From the NCBI RefSeq assembly GCF_009914755.1, contig NC_060931.1: a stretch of 64,000 nt of DNA; one strand, given 5' to 3'. Source of the stretch: the human T2T-CHM13v2.0 reference genome, Homo sapiens. Positions within the stretch are counted from its first letter, which is position 1, and each line of letters begins with the position of its first letter. The translations under genes were made by a program, and so were the position numbers. The notes below the pieces were generated by a model, which was not told where the DNA came from, made no database searches, and saw nothing but the letters and a program-made list of their open reading frames with translations. Below, piece by piece: positions 16,030 through 31,725 of this stretch.

Positions 16030-16740
16030 TATGGAGGGAGCAAAGCTGTGCATGGTAGCTTGAATCAGAAAAATGACTAATAAGCTGGAATGACGTACTG
16101 AAACTATTAAGATTTAATGGCTCAGATTTAATTTTAAGATTTGAAATTTAATGGAATCAGATGTGAAATCCTGCCTGTATGTTTTTATTTTTATTTTTTA
16201 ATGTTCATGGCTTACATAAAAGGGAGAAAAGACCTGACTTTAGCTGAAGTCTATTTGAATAGAATTGGAGGTGGGGGGTATTGTTGACCACACAATCATA
16301 GGAACAAACAGAGTCCCAGCTGCTCAACACCAGGGCCGTTCTAGCTGGTATTCAGAGACGTAGAGTGGCACAGCTCCTCAGACTGCACGTTTTCCCTGAG
16401 CTCTCTACTGGTCAGTTTGGGGGATTTAGAGGATTGTTTTCATTTCTAATTCTCATATTTTGAAATCACATGTGGCCAGGTAATAAAAATAGATGAGAAG
16501 TTCTGAAGAATATGTCAGTTGAGGAACTGGAGGTATTTATCCTACAGAAGATTGCTATAGAAGAGATATGTTAACCATCTTAATTCTTGAAAGATTGACG
16601 AACAATAATCAGATTCTGTTTTCTTATGGAAGGTGTAAGTGATTTTTAGATAAGGATTTGTGGAGAGAATGGAGTGGGGCAGAATGATAAAAGGCAAGTA
16701 AAATGTTATGGAGGTCAGATTGGTAAGATAAGACATCTTC
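16030..16740 (+). mobile_element. L3/CR1 LINE 3' fragment
   Basis: gaggaactggaggtatttatcctacagaag and aatttaatggaatcagatgtgaaatcctg resemble the CR1 ORF2 3' region. Confidence 0.55.
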
Positions 16741-16808
16741 AGGTGACCACAAGATTTTAGGTTTTTTTGTTTGTTTGTTTGTTTGTTTGTTTGTTTTAAT
16801 TTTTTATT

Positions 16809-17100
16809 GGCTAGGTGCGGTGGCTCATGCCTGTAATCCCAGCATTTTGGGAGGCCAAGGTGGGCAGAACAGTTGAGGACATGAGTTCGAGACTACCTTG
16901 GCCAACGTGGTGAAACCCTGTCTCTACTAAAAATACAAAAATTATCCAGGCGTGGTGGTGTGCACCTATAGTCCCAGCTACTTGGGAGGCTGAGGCACAA
17001 GAATTGCTTGAACCCGGGAGGTGGAGGTTGTAGTGAGGGAGATTGTGCTACTGCACTCCAGCCTGGGTGATAGAGCAAAACTCTGTCTAAAAAAAAAAAA
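16809..17100 (+). mobile_element. AluS
   Basis: Full dimer with A tail. Confidence 0.93.
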
Positions 17101-17109
17101 ATTATATAT

Positions 17110-17708
17110 ATATAATTGAGGCATCAATTACATATAGTTACAGGTACAACTCTTAAGTGCAGAGGGATGATTTTTCACTTATGTATATACCCATGTGACT
17201 GCTACCCAGAATGAAACAGAACTTCCTGAAATCTTAGAAGGTTGCCTCATACTCCCTTCTAGCCAATAACTGCCCTCCAGCCCAGCAGTAACCACTTTCC
17301 TTACCTTGAACACAATATATTAGTTTTGCAAACTTCATGCAACCACTTTGGAACACTGTCTAACAGTTTCCAATAAAGTTAAACAGACATCTATCTTCAG
17401 ATCCAGCAATCCCATTTTTAGTTACATATCCCTGAGAAATGAGTTTTCTTACGCTTACACAAAAATGATCACAGCAGCTTTCTTCATAATAGTCCAAAGT
17501 GGGAAAACAATTCAAATGTCCTTTATCAAGAGGATAGATAAACATGTGGTGTATCCACACAATGAAATACTACTCAGCAATGAAAAAGAATGAATGACTG
17601 ACACGTGCTACAACATGGATGAATCTCAAAAACAATGTGCTGAGTGAAAGGAACCAGACAAAAATGAGTACAAAAATGAGTCTGATTCCATTTGTGTGAA
17701 GTTCAGGA
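17110..17708. mobile_element. Old L1 (L1ME-like) with internal inversion: minus piece about 17110-17339, plus piece about 17340-17708
   Basis: An antisense L1M 3'UTR abuts a sense piece carrying caatgaaatactactcagcaatgaaaaagaatgaa and acatggatgaatctcaaaaac. Confidence 0.75.
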
Positions 17709-18247
17709 TTATAACTTTTAATGAAAGGCTTTCATGACAATTTGATTTTGCATGCCTAAGATGTTTGGGGAAATTTCTTCTCCTTTCAGGAAAACATTTC
17801 TATAAAACATAAGATGGCAAAGAGGTGGAAGAAAAATTAATGCCAGCAGTTCAGCTTTGACTAAGTGAGAAACATTTACTTAGCGTTCCTTGTTTCTGCA
17901 GTGAGTAATGGAATTATGTGATATCTCATTATTTCCTTTCCTTTTGTTTGCTCTTTGGATTCTAACTCGTAAGAGGTAATAATGTAGCTAGCTAAATGCC
18001 ACTTACAAAAGTCAGAAGGGCACTGCAGAGTCAGTGTGTTCATACAAAATCAAACTAACTTAGAATGATTTTGAGTTGCTTCCTCAAAATAAAATTTCTG
18101 AATAAATTACAGGCAATATTGGAAAGCGGATGATTTGTTCTTATTGCCACCATTTCAATCACTACTGGTAGCTACTCTATTCATCTTATCATTTTATCCA
18201 TTTCCGTAGTGATAAAAGCATGAAGTCATAGCAGGCAGACAGAACTG

Positions 18248-18628
18248 TACAGAACAGATTAGTGATCACCAGGGGACATGTTTGAGGAAGGACAGGGAGG
18301 GTACAAATATAAAGGGGTAGCACCAGGGAGTTCCTCTGTGGTAATGGAACAGATCTATATCTTGGTGTGTTTACATGAATCTAGTTATGGGATGAAATTG
18401 GATAGACATGCACACTTGATTTTATGTAAAAAATGGTGAAAATGAACAAGGTCTGTAGTGTACCTAATAGTACTCTAGCAATGTCAATTTCTTGTTTTTT
18501 GATATTATACTACAGTTATATAAAATATCACCGTTGGGAGAAGCTGAGTGAAACATTTACAAGACTGTGTGCTATTTTTATAAATTTCTGGAAACCTCTA
18601 ATTATGTCGAAATATTAAGTTTAAAAAT
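18248..18628 (+). mobile_element. Old L1 (L1MC/L1MD-like) 3' end
   Basis: gaacagattagtgatcaccagggg...caatgtcaatttcttgttttt...aatattaagtttaaaaa. Confidence 0.7.
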
Positions 18629-19159
18629 TATAATAGGCAAAAATAACCAAGCCTCACCCTTTTTTGTGGGGTGAGGTGGGAATGAAAGAGGAGGTGCTCA
18701 TGGAGCAGGCAGCCTAAATACTTTCTCCTAGAGGATAGTATTTATGGTTCTTCTTAATGGTGAGCCAAAACATCAGTTCCTGCCTGTGGTTTAGATGTTA
18801 CGCAGTTATTAGATTAAAATATGGCTAATAAGATAACTATACTATAGCAGGCATACTGTAAATAGAACACACTAATTTTCACAAGAGTATGTGAAAGTTA
18901 CATCTGATAGATCTCCAGACTGACAGCACCTCATATGATAAATTCTACTTTTGTCTGTGCTGTCGGTATCTGGCTCCACCAATGTATTTGCCCATGAACT
19001 TGCTTCAGGCAATTTGTAGAACAGAATTCTTCCCTCTAGCATCATTATCTGCTAAAAAAACAGTTACTGCATGTACATGACAGGAAACTTTGGAAATACA
19101 GATAAACAGTAGGAAAAATTGCCTATAATCTCGCCATGCAGAAATAAACACTGCTGATG

Positions 19160-20296
<1,137 letters not shown>

Positions 20297-22985
20297 TATT
20301 TGGTGCATATTATTCCAATCTTTGTGCATAGAAATGCTTTTAAAAATGAATATTAAAGCATACTTTTTATAAACTTATTGATATGTGCACAATACATTTC
20401 CCCCAGATCATTCAGTACCTTTCCACCGCATAATTTAATGACTGCATGGAATTGTACCCTGTGAATGAACTTACAGCATGTTAGCCAGTCTATGATTGGA
20501 CATTGGGCCATTTCCAATTTTCCATTAGAAACAATGTTGTGATGAACAATCTTTGTGCACATTGATGATTATTTCCTAGGATAAAGTCTTAGAAGTGGAA
20601 TTGCTGGGTAGTCAAAATGTAAAAGCTTTCCATTTATATTGCCTAAGTGCTCTGCAGAAAAATATGCATCATTTTCAAAAATGAAAATTGTAAACCAAAA
20701 CCTATTTGAACAACAAGATGCTCTATGTGAAGGGAAATTTAGGATCCGTTTCTTTAGAGTGATTCATCCCTCCTTAGAGGCAAATTGCTATTACCAAGTA
20801 GATGTAATGTTTTTACAGATAAAAGAATAACATTGAAAATATCTAAATAAACCAGCCATGCAAGAATATTTTGCTATTTTCTATTTCTGTTAATCAGTGA
20901 GAACAAAATAACTTACTAGCATAAAAAGATAAGTAGAATGACATGCCACTAATGGGGAATGGGGTATTTTCATAGAGCTACATTTCCCTCTTTGATATTG
21001 ATTAAAATATATTTTGGTTATTTTTTTTAAGCATTTTTCTTGTGCACATATACTACTTAATAAAGGAGAAGGAGCAAACATTTTAAAAATGGAGAAAAGG
21101 TACTGTAGTCGTCATAATGTTGCTGAATGCTGTTGCATTTTTCTAGCTGTGAATGTCCTGTCTATGCTAGTGGGAACGGAGGTCAGGATTCTAGATTAAA
21201 GATTACCTTTGATTAGGCATCTCTAGTCATTTGCTGGAACACCTCGAATGTATCTTTTTCTGTATTTCTATCTGGGTGAAAGTGTCCATTTGATTGATTA
21301 GATAACCATCAAACACAACTTGATCTTTCTTGTTGGGCAGCTAAGTCATTAAAAAGAGGCTCCTTCTTGTGCTGCCACCTTCAAATAGTTATGATCATTG
21401 TTTTCGGAAACAAGGCTTGGGTAATTTTAAAATAAAAAGTCTGAACTTTTAAGTAGGCCATGTGTCATCTAGTTTTTTTTATTAGCTTCAAATAACAATC
21501 AATGAGTATACCCTAGAAAACAACATATTTCGTTCCTGTATTGATTCCCCACACTGGAAAGCTGTTAAATGTTTAGATGCTGGAAAAGCAACAAGACTAA
21601 TCCATGAGTGTCTGGCATTTTTTTCTTCTTAATTGTAAGTGCACCATTTTATATAGTATGTATGTGGTGGTGACATTTTGCTTGAATATAGTTTAAGAGA
21701 TTACGGGTACAAAGACCTGTTTTCCTTTCAATTCTGTGCTGATATTTTCTATGATTGTGTTTTATCAATGTCATTGAAATTTCCCTCAAAGAGAAATTCC
21801 TTAGGAATCTCCTTGGAATTGGCATTAAATACTCTTTATTGAAAGAGAGATTGGTTTTCTTTATGAAATTGTTTTCTTCTGCCTCTGTCTATTGGCTAAT
21901 TATGGGACTTCTATTTTTCATTTCTACTTTACTGTAATCCTTTCTAAGTTGAAAACAGCCTTGCAAAGAAACTCGCAGGGCATTCCAGGGGCAAAGAGTT
22001 CCTCTAACCTAGAATGAATTTTGCAGCATCTGGGAATGGCATATTTTTACCTGTTCTGAATTAAGGTATTTCTGTGTCATAGTGTAAATTTGGTTGCAAG
22101 TATTAAATACTAACTCCTATTCTGGAAAGAATGCAATCATAATTTAAGAACACATTTTTCACCCAAAGGGGTGCCCTCTTTGAGTTTATCTACTCTCACT
22201 TGTACCCTGTGCTTTCACTTTCCTGTAAACTCATTATCTGAACCCCACACCCACCCTGGCCCTTCTGAAATTTTTGTAAAATTGAAAGGAACTGTTTTTC
22301 CTGATGACAAGTGAGGCTTCATATGAAAGGAGATTTATGATAGGTTTTCATGAGCAAAAATTGTGTAGTTTTCTAAAGATTTCATACATATACCCTTTAA
22401 AAGTTATATATGTTTATTTATATATTAGACATATATATAACTTGGACTTTTACATTTTTAACAAGCACTATTAAAAATTGAATGTAAACTTGAAATTTAA
22501 TGCAAAGGAAATTTAGTTTAAATCTGTCCACTAAAGAATCATTCATTTGGCTAAGTCTTCTTTTAATCTAGATTTTTTTCTTCAATTAGCATTTCATATA
22601 CCTGTTGAGAAATTTTTGTAAGTGACAAAGACACTTTCATGTCTTTCACATCAAGGATATTCATGTGATATCTAAATGTATATATTTATAGCTATACTCT
22701 GCTTAAACTCAACATATGAAAATTCATATTTTAAAATAGAAGGTGATTGCTTAAGAGTCAGCCTGTTGGACATGAATTATTCACAAAAATACAAACTACC
22801 CTTAGTTTCACATACCACGTTGATACAGTAAGGAATAGCTGAAATTCTTGTGTAATGTCTGTATTAAAATATTCTTCATTTATGCTTTATTGCACTTAAA
22901 CGTGATTAAAATGCTAGTGTATTGAAAATGATTGCTCTTTGTTACCTGCAAACTTATGTGTTCCTACTTTCTTTTTCTCCAACAG

Positions 22986-23058
22986 ATATAAGCTTACCAA
23001 AGTCAGCAACAATATGCTACACAGCTGCTTTGCTCAAAGCAAGAGCTGTCTCTGACAA
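22986..23058 (+). CDS. ST7: ST7 internal coding exon (about exon 11), 73 nt, (D)[23 protein letters not shown]+AA
   Basis: ctttttctccaacag|AT acceptor and ACAA|gtaagt donor; phase 1 to 2. Confidence 0.97.
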
Positions 23059-24498
23059 GTAAGTGAATAATAGTTTGCGCGGTACTAATGCCTGACCGGA
23101 ATTGAGATGTGTTGCCTCTGAGGGCTTTCTCTGGAAGTTTCTCTTAGGCTATGAGACCCCTGCTTATAAGCATGCATTTTCCAAAACCTGCTGTTCTTTT
23201 CTTTCACTATTGGAAGGAGGGAATGTATATCCTCAGGTAATGTAAGGGTGTGTAAAGGTATCCTAAAGCAGGATTTATTTGAAATTCCATGCTTCTGAGA
23301 TGAGTTTTTTGGTGTGAGACAGTAGATACCAAAACACCTGCTTGGGACTTAACACAGAATACCATCCTTCTATTTGTTTTTTGCACATTCCTCTCCCTTC
23401 AGCGGTCCATAACTGGGTAGTGTCATACACACGTGGAATGTGGCAGACAGGATGGTCATCTCTCATTCTTTGCCTCATCAACTTCAAATTAGCCCCCCAC
23501 TGGTCTATTAACTTTGAGTTGCCATCTCAATGGTACGTTTGCCTATTTTGTTCAGGCAGGTGACTATGACATATAGACTTTTCATAAGCATCCAAGGATG
23601 CCTGTCAGATGAAAGAGCATAGATGGCTTAACTGCTTTTGAGTTCATAAACTCTTACGCTTCCCCAATATAATCCCTCTGTAGCATCGAAAGCAGAGAAC
23701 AGGAAACCAGCCTCTGCTGTATCAGACAGGTTTGCTGTTAAGTGTGTGTACACTTCAAGACCAAAGTAATTTTCTTTCATTCTTTTTTATCCTGTAGATC
23801 GCCAGTACCTACTGCAACATCTTTTCTCCCTACACAGCGACTCCAGCTTGGGAGGGCAGGGCCAGGGTTGTCACAGCTTCCCCTGTGGTGTCTGCCTGCC
23901 AAGCACAGCTCTGGAGTTAGCCCTGGGTGTGAGGTGAGAAAGAGATTGCATGGTCTGGTTTTTTTCATTCACTTGGGCAGGTGTCTTGCCCGCAGTTTGG
24001 GCATGCACACACCCTCTGCCGGAATGGCCCCAAGCAGGCTCGCCTGCTGCTGAAGCTGCAACGATTTAACCTCCATCGCAGCACTGACATTGGGTGGGAG
24101 GCCTCCTTTCAAATCCTTCCCAGTTCTGTTTTTAACCAAGTGCGCTCTTCTGTAACCTAGTTTTCTCTTTTTCCTACACTGTCTGCCCTTGTCAGTCCTA
24201 CCTCTTCCCCTGACCTGAGCAGGTACCTCGTAGAAGATTTAGATTAGCCATTTAGACAGAGACTTGACAGCCGAATTTAACTCCTGCCATGACTAGATGC
24301 AAGCACGCTTTCTGCTTCTGCTGGGGTTTTTGCTGGCCTCGGTCCGTGGGGTCACTCAGAGGTTCCATGCAGTAGAAGTTTGGAGAGCTCATGCTATTGG
24401 CTCACTGTGGTTTTATGGGCCCTAGATGTGTAGATGCTTCCGGGTTGATGCCCAAGCAGTGGTCCCACCTGGATGGTTTTTGTCTTTCTGCTTTTCAG

Positions 24499-24601
24499 AT
24501 TCTCTCCTGAGGCTGCATCTCGGCGGGGGCTGAGCACAGCAGAGATGAATGCAGTAGAGGCCATTCATAGAGCTGTGGAATTCAATCCTCATGTGCCAAA
24601 A
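24499..24601 (+). CDS. ST7: ST7 internal coding exon (about exon 12), 103 nt, (K)[34 protein letters not shown]
   Basis: tctgcttttcag|A acceptor and AAA|gtgagt donor; phase 2 to 0. Confidence 0.97.
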
Positions 24602-26814
24602 GTGAGTCTGTGGAATCCCCACAGGAACTCGTTATGATAGCAGAGAAAGCATTCATTGACCACAGTGTTGTATCTCAAGTACACCGCTTATAAAAAAATG
24701 AATTGCAACCAACAAATGTTGAGACCCTGTATAATGTATGGGCATTAGCCTCATTTTAAGCAAAAGCTATACTCAAGAGGCTTTGGGGCAGATTTCCAGA
24801 CTTCACTTAATAAGGGTAAATCGATAGACCTCGCTTAGGCAGGCCAGGAAGCCTGAAATTGGCAAAAAGTAGATATCCCGGGAGTGTTGACACATTTGAC
24901 AGGAATTTCACACCAGTTATGGTCTCACATAGACCAAACTCAGGAAATAAATGTTGTTGTGAATAAAACTGGTAAAAAAAAAATACTAATGTGGCATTCC
25001 GTGTCTCTATAAATGAATGATAGTAATCAGTATTGGCAAGAAAATAATAGAGAAAACTTCAAAATATGAAGAAGTATTTTGCTTTGTACCATTTTAATAA
25101 GTGTATATAGTAGAAAATATTTGTCTTAGTTATTAACCACATGGTTGACCAATTTATAAATACCCAATATTTCCAATTTTTTTTTCCTGAAATTGATTTT
25201 AAGGGAATCAAATCAGAGCAGGGAATATTTCTGTAATCTTTTATTCAGGAGATGAATGTGTATTTATTATTTACCTATATTTAACTCCCTGCTCTTTTAG
25301 TATCTACATGCTGTATTACGTAATTATCATCTTCTCTGAGGGAGGAAAAAAAGTAGCTGAGAGCCACTTTCAGTCCCGCTATTAAGTACATTTTGGCCTC
25401 TAAGAAACTTCGTGTGGTTCACCTCAGGTATGACAAGCCATAACTTCCTTGGCAAAATGTCTGATGAAGACTTAGTGGTGAAAAATGACAAAGGAAGGCT
25501 GTTTGACTTGTGTTGTAGCACTATAGCAAAAGGGTGGGGGGGTATGAGTGAGAGAGAGAGAGATGGTTTATGGAGTTAACTACTTTATTTTGTTGATATT
25601 CAGAGTGACAGAGATAAGTGATCTAATATTCCTGGGATTTTACTCAAGTCTAGGTCATTTTTTTCACTTAGCAGGAAATTGAAGAGTGGTTCACTATGCC
25701 ACATTTGCATAAGGATGTATATATTCCTTAGGCCTAATGGGTAATGACCAACATAGTATTTGCAGATTTATGTATTGTCCATATGGTGCTATAACTATAT
25801 CTCCTTATATAATATTTTTCACCTAAGATAAAAATGTTTATTCCACTTTGACTAAAATTTAAAACTAATCATGAAAAAATTATCCTGAATTACAGTAAAC
25901 TGAGGTCATCTATGAATACTTATTGAATGCCATTCTCTACAGAGCTATTCAGTAAGCATAAATAAGGCTCTTTTAGAAGTAGTATTGAGCAATAAGTTCT
26001 GGATTCTGAGGCGAAAACTTGTGTTCCACTTGTGATTCTGTCATTTATCAGCCATTGGACATTGGGCTTAGCATCTCTAAGCTCAAAGTTGTCCCTCATT
26101 TTTAAATGAAGTTAGGATATAAGCCCTGCCTATCTTCTGTGGTAAAGATCAAGTGAGATTATATATTTGAAGTTCTTTGAAAACATTTGAGCACCATTTA
26201 TTTGTAAATTATTAAGATTTTTGATGATTTTAATATCAACATTTTTTGATAATTATTAAGAATTTTGATAATGGTTGGGGGCTCCTCATATCTAGGAACC
26301 AGATCTTTTACCGTGATCCTAACTAGAGCCTTGCAATCCTGGGGCACAAGACAGAAAATCAGTACAGTACTTGTTGGTTAGATATTTTGATTGAAGTAGT
26401 CATTTAATGCTAAAACACTGGTCTGAAATGGTTAATTGAGCCTCTAGAAGAATATTAAAAGCCCTAAGAAACACTTTAAGGCTGCCATGGAAGAATTTGA
26501 CACAGTTAACTAGGATTCCACCTGCAAAATAGAATTATCCTAAAAGTGGAAACATTTCAAATATTTGATTGCACTCTACTTTCTAATCATGAAACTGAGA
26601 GAAGGCAGGGTAAACTACCTGGGTAAACTGACTCTCCAGCACTTTGCTTCATTGGTGATTGTGCTGAGGGGGAGATGTGTTTCCAGATCCTCTTCGTCTA
26701 TCAGAATTTCCGTGGGGAACGGGTCCTGGGATTCACTGGCCCTATCTGTCAAGAATTAGCCACAGATTTCTAATATACAGTATGCAGTGTGCTCTAAATA
26801 TCTAACTTTAGCAG

Positions 26815-26816
<2 letters not shown>

Positions 26817-26848
<32 letters not shown>
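26817..26848. repeat. (AC)16 microsatellite
   Basis: Read directly from the sequence. Confidence 0.97.
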
Positions 26849-26850
<2 letters not shown>

Positions 26851-27009
26851 TGCCTTGGAGGCAGTGAATAATAGTCTTAGTTCTAATGAGACATCGGTGA
26901 AGGTTACAAACTCTTGGACTCTTAGCATAAGATGATCCTTAAAGATCATCTAGGTCACCTTCCCATCCTAACCTTGACTCTCTCCTTATAATGATACTGT
27001 GATAACCAT

Positions 27010-27240
27010 TTTTATTATTGGTTTCTTTTGAATGTTAATGTGCCAAGCACAGTGCTAGCTGAAGTATATAAGCCCTCTCACTTATTTTTCATAACAACTC
27101 TGTGAGGTGTATTATATTATTATCCCTATTACATAGATGAGGGCACTGACGGTTTGGAGAGGTTAAATAATCTGCTCATGGTCATACAGCAAATAAATGA
27201 CAGAGCCAGAACCAATTCTGGGTTATCTACTCTTAAATGT
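27010..27240 (-). mobile_element. MIR
   Basis: atgtgccaagcacagtgctag...acatagatgagggcactga...gaggttaaataatctgctcatggtcatacagc. Confidence 0.75.
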
Positions 27241-29039
27241 TGCCCTCTACTGCCTACCACACCCCACCAGGAAACAGACCAGCCTAGGCTTGGACTCTTC
27301 AAATGCTGGCAGGCACACTGCTTCCTAAGACATTCAATCCCTTAAGGACAATTCAGGTTTCTTCAGGATATCTTAAATGATGTGACTTCCATGGCTTCTT
27401 TTTCTCTATCACAGGAATTTGTCAGTGGCCCACCACAGGAATTTTTAGTATCTACATGCTGTATTGCATAATTGTCATCTTCTCTGAGGGAGAAAAAAAT
27501 ACCAAATATAATAACTGAGAACTGACTTCCTTGCATTTCCAGCTTCGCTTCATCTGGTATCCCATTAAGCAAAGATAGATAGGTAGTATTTCACCATCCA
27601 ATGATAAATACTAGTCATTTACCTTCGGAGGGCTACTCTTAGGAACTCTCTTCACTTGCAGACATAAGGAGTAGGGAGGAAGTGTTGCTCCTTACTACAT
27701 CACAGGACTGGGAAATAAATAAGAACAGTAAAAACCCCTTGTCTCTGTTCTGAAGCAGAGCCACTTAAGTGGTCAGATGGATGCGAAACACTAGAATTTC
27801 TGAAGTATTAGATTGCAGCAAACTAGTAAAGAGGAAGCAAACACATAGGCTCATCATTACCAACAGAATTGTCACTCCCTCCTGAGAAACTGTAGCTGTG
27901 CCGCCAGCTCCCATAGGAAAAGGCATAAACTCCTTGTGAGATTCTTCAGTACCCTTCATAATCTGACCCAACTTGTTTTTCATTTTTTCCACTTCATAAC
28001 TATTTGTTCATCATTCCAGAAACATTCTCTTTCCTTTCCCTCTTCACTTTCTCTAAGAAAACCCTGTTGCCCCTTCACCACCCCCATTAAGAGTCATTAG
28101 GAAGCTTGTTCTTCTTCATCAGAAGTAGTCTGTCTCCTCCGTGGTGTCTCACTATAATGCTTGTACTTGCTATTTACCTTTTCTTGAGGAAAATTGGGGA
28201 TGTTAATGATGCTGGTGATTTTCAACAACTGAGAACAAAAGAAGACAAAGAAATCTTGAATCCATTAGAGGATGTTTTCCATTTAATGGGATTAAAATAG
28301 CTTTGCATGTAAAGAAAATTCCATTCATGTAATGCTGGACAAACAAAGGACTACCCTCACCACGGTTCTATACCTTCATCTTTGTATTGTTACAGTTTAT
28401 TGGATTTGGGGCCTTCTTTCTGCAGATATGCTGCATGCTCACTCTGCTCTTCCTCAGCAGTCTTGAGATTTACATTGGGGTGGGCATGGGGGAGACATTT
28501 CTATCAGTGACCCATCAACTACACAGACCTGGGTTAACCAGCGCTTATGTGCTCTTAGTATGCTGCAGCCACACTGCAAGCCTTTCACTGCGAGGAGACA
28601 CATTTTTGTTTTGGAGGATGTTACATTAACTCCTTCAGGGTACCAAAGATAAACTTCCATTTTCTGACAAGTTTCCAAAAGGTGGACTAAATTATTTGTT
28701 TGTTACAGGCAGTATTAAATATGTCTTTTGCTCTATAGTGATATTATAAAAAACAATCTACTCATATTTAAGACTATTTCTAGCCTTTTTTCCTACATAT
28801 TTTAAATACTTTTACTATTTAAAAAAAAATTAGCATAGGGCTCTTAACATGGACTTTATGGTTGGGTATTGGGGGTATATTTGTTTCTGAGGGGGGATTA
28901 TCAGATTTTCAGAGTTCTTTAACCTTAAAAAGGTTATCCTCCAACTTACAGTTCAAGTATTTTATCCGTGTGCCTTCAGACTCTTTTAAGGCAGTTTCTA
29001 TAACTGGATACTTCTGTTTTGGATACTTCTTTTTTATGG

Positions 29040-30984
<1,945 letters not shown>

Positions 30985-31476
30985 TAATCTACTTCTTGAG
31001 TCCTCCATGGTAGATATCAAATTGACATGACGGGTCAACTTCTATAATGAACCTCTTTGGGCAAGAAGATTTTTTAGTCAGGATTATTTCCTTAGGGTAG
31101 ATTTAAAGAATGGGAATTACTAAGTCATGTGTAGAAGCACTTAAGGCTCTTGATATTGCGGAACTACTTGCCAAAAAAGATTATAGCAGTTTAAATCAGC
31201 AGACAACTCCTTCTTCACGATTTTATCATATCCTCACTGTCATTGAGCAGTTTGTTTAAAAAAGAAAGAAGGGGAGCAATAAATATTTATGAACCTATTA
31301 AGTACAAATGGAATTTTGTTCTTTTAGTCTGCATTTCTTTGCCACTACTAGTTTGGTAGAACATTGTTAGCCATTTGTATTTATTCCTTTCTGAATTGTG
31401 AGGCAAAACATTATAACAACAGAGCAAGGAATAATGACCTAAAGGTAAGGAGAGCTATGAAGTATCATTGAAAGGG

Positions 31477-31725
31477 TTCATCACGCCTGTAATTCCAGCA
31501 TTTTGGGAGGCTGAGGCAGGAAGATCGCTTGAGTCTAGGAGTTTGAGACCAGCCTGGCAACGTAGTGAGACCTAATCTCCACAAACAAACAAAAAAATTA
31601 GCTGGGTGTGGTGGCATACTCTACTTGGGAGGCTGAGCCAGAAGGTCAAGACTGCAGTGAGCCATGATTGTGCTGCTGCACCACAGCCTGGGTGACAGAA
31701 AGAGACTTTGTCTCTAAAAAAGAGA
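31477..31725 (+). mobile_element. AluJ with internal deletions
   Basis: gatcgcttgagtctaggagtttgagacc left arm and a shortened right arm. Confidence 0.88.
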
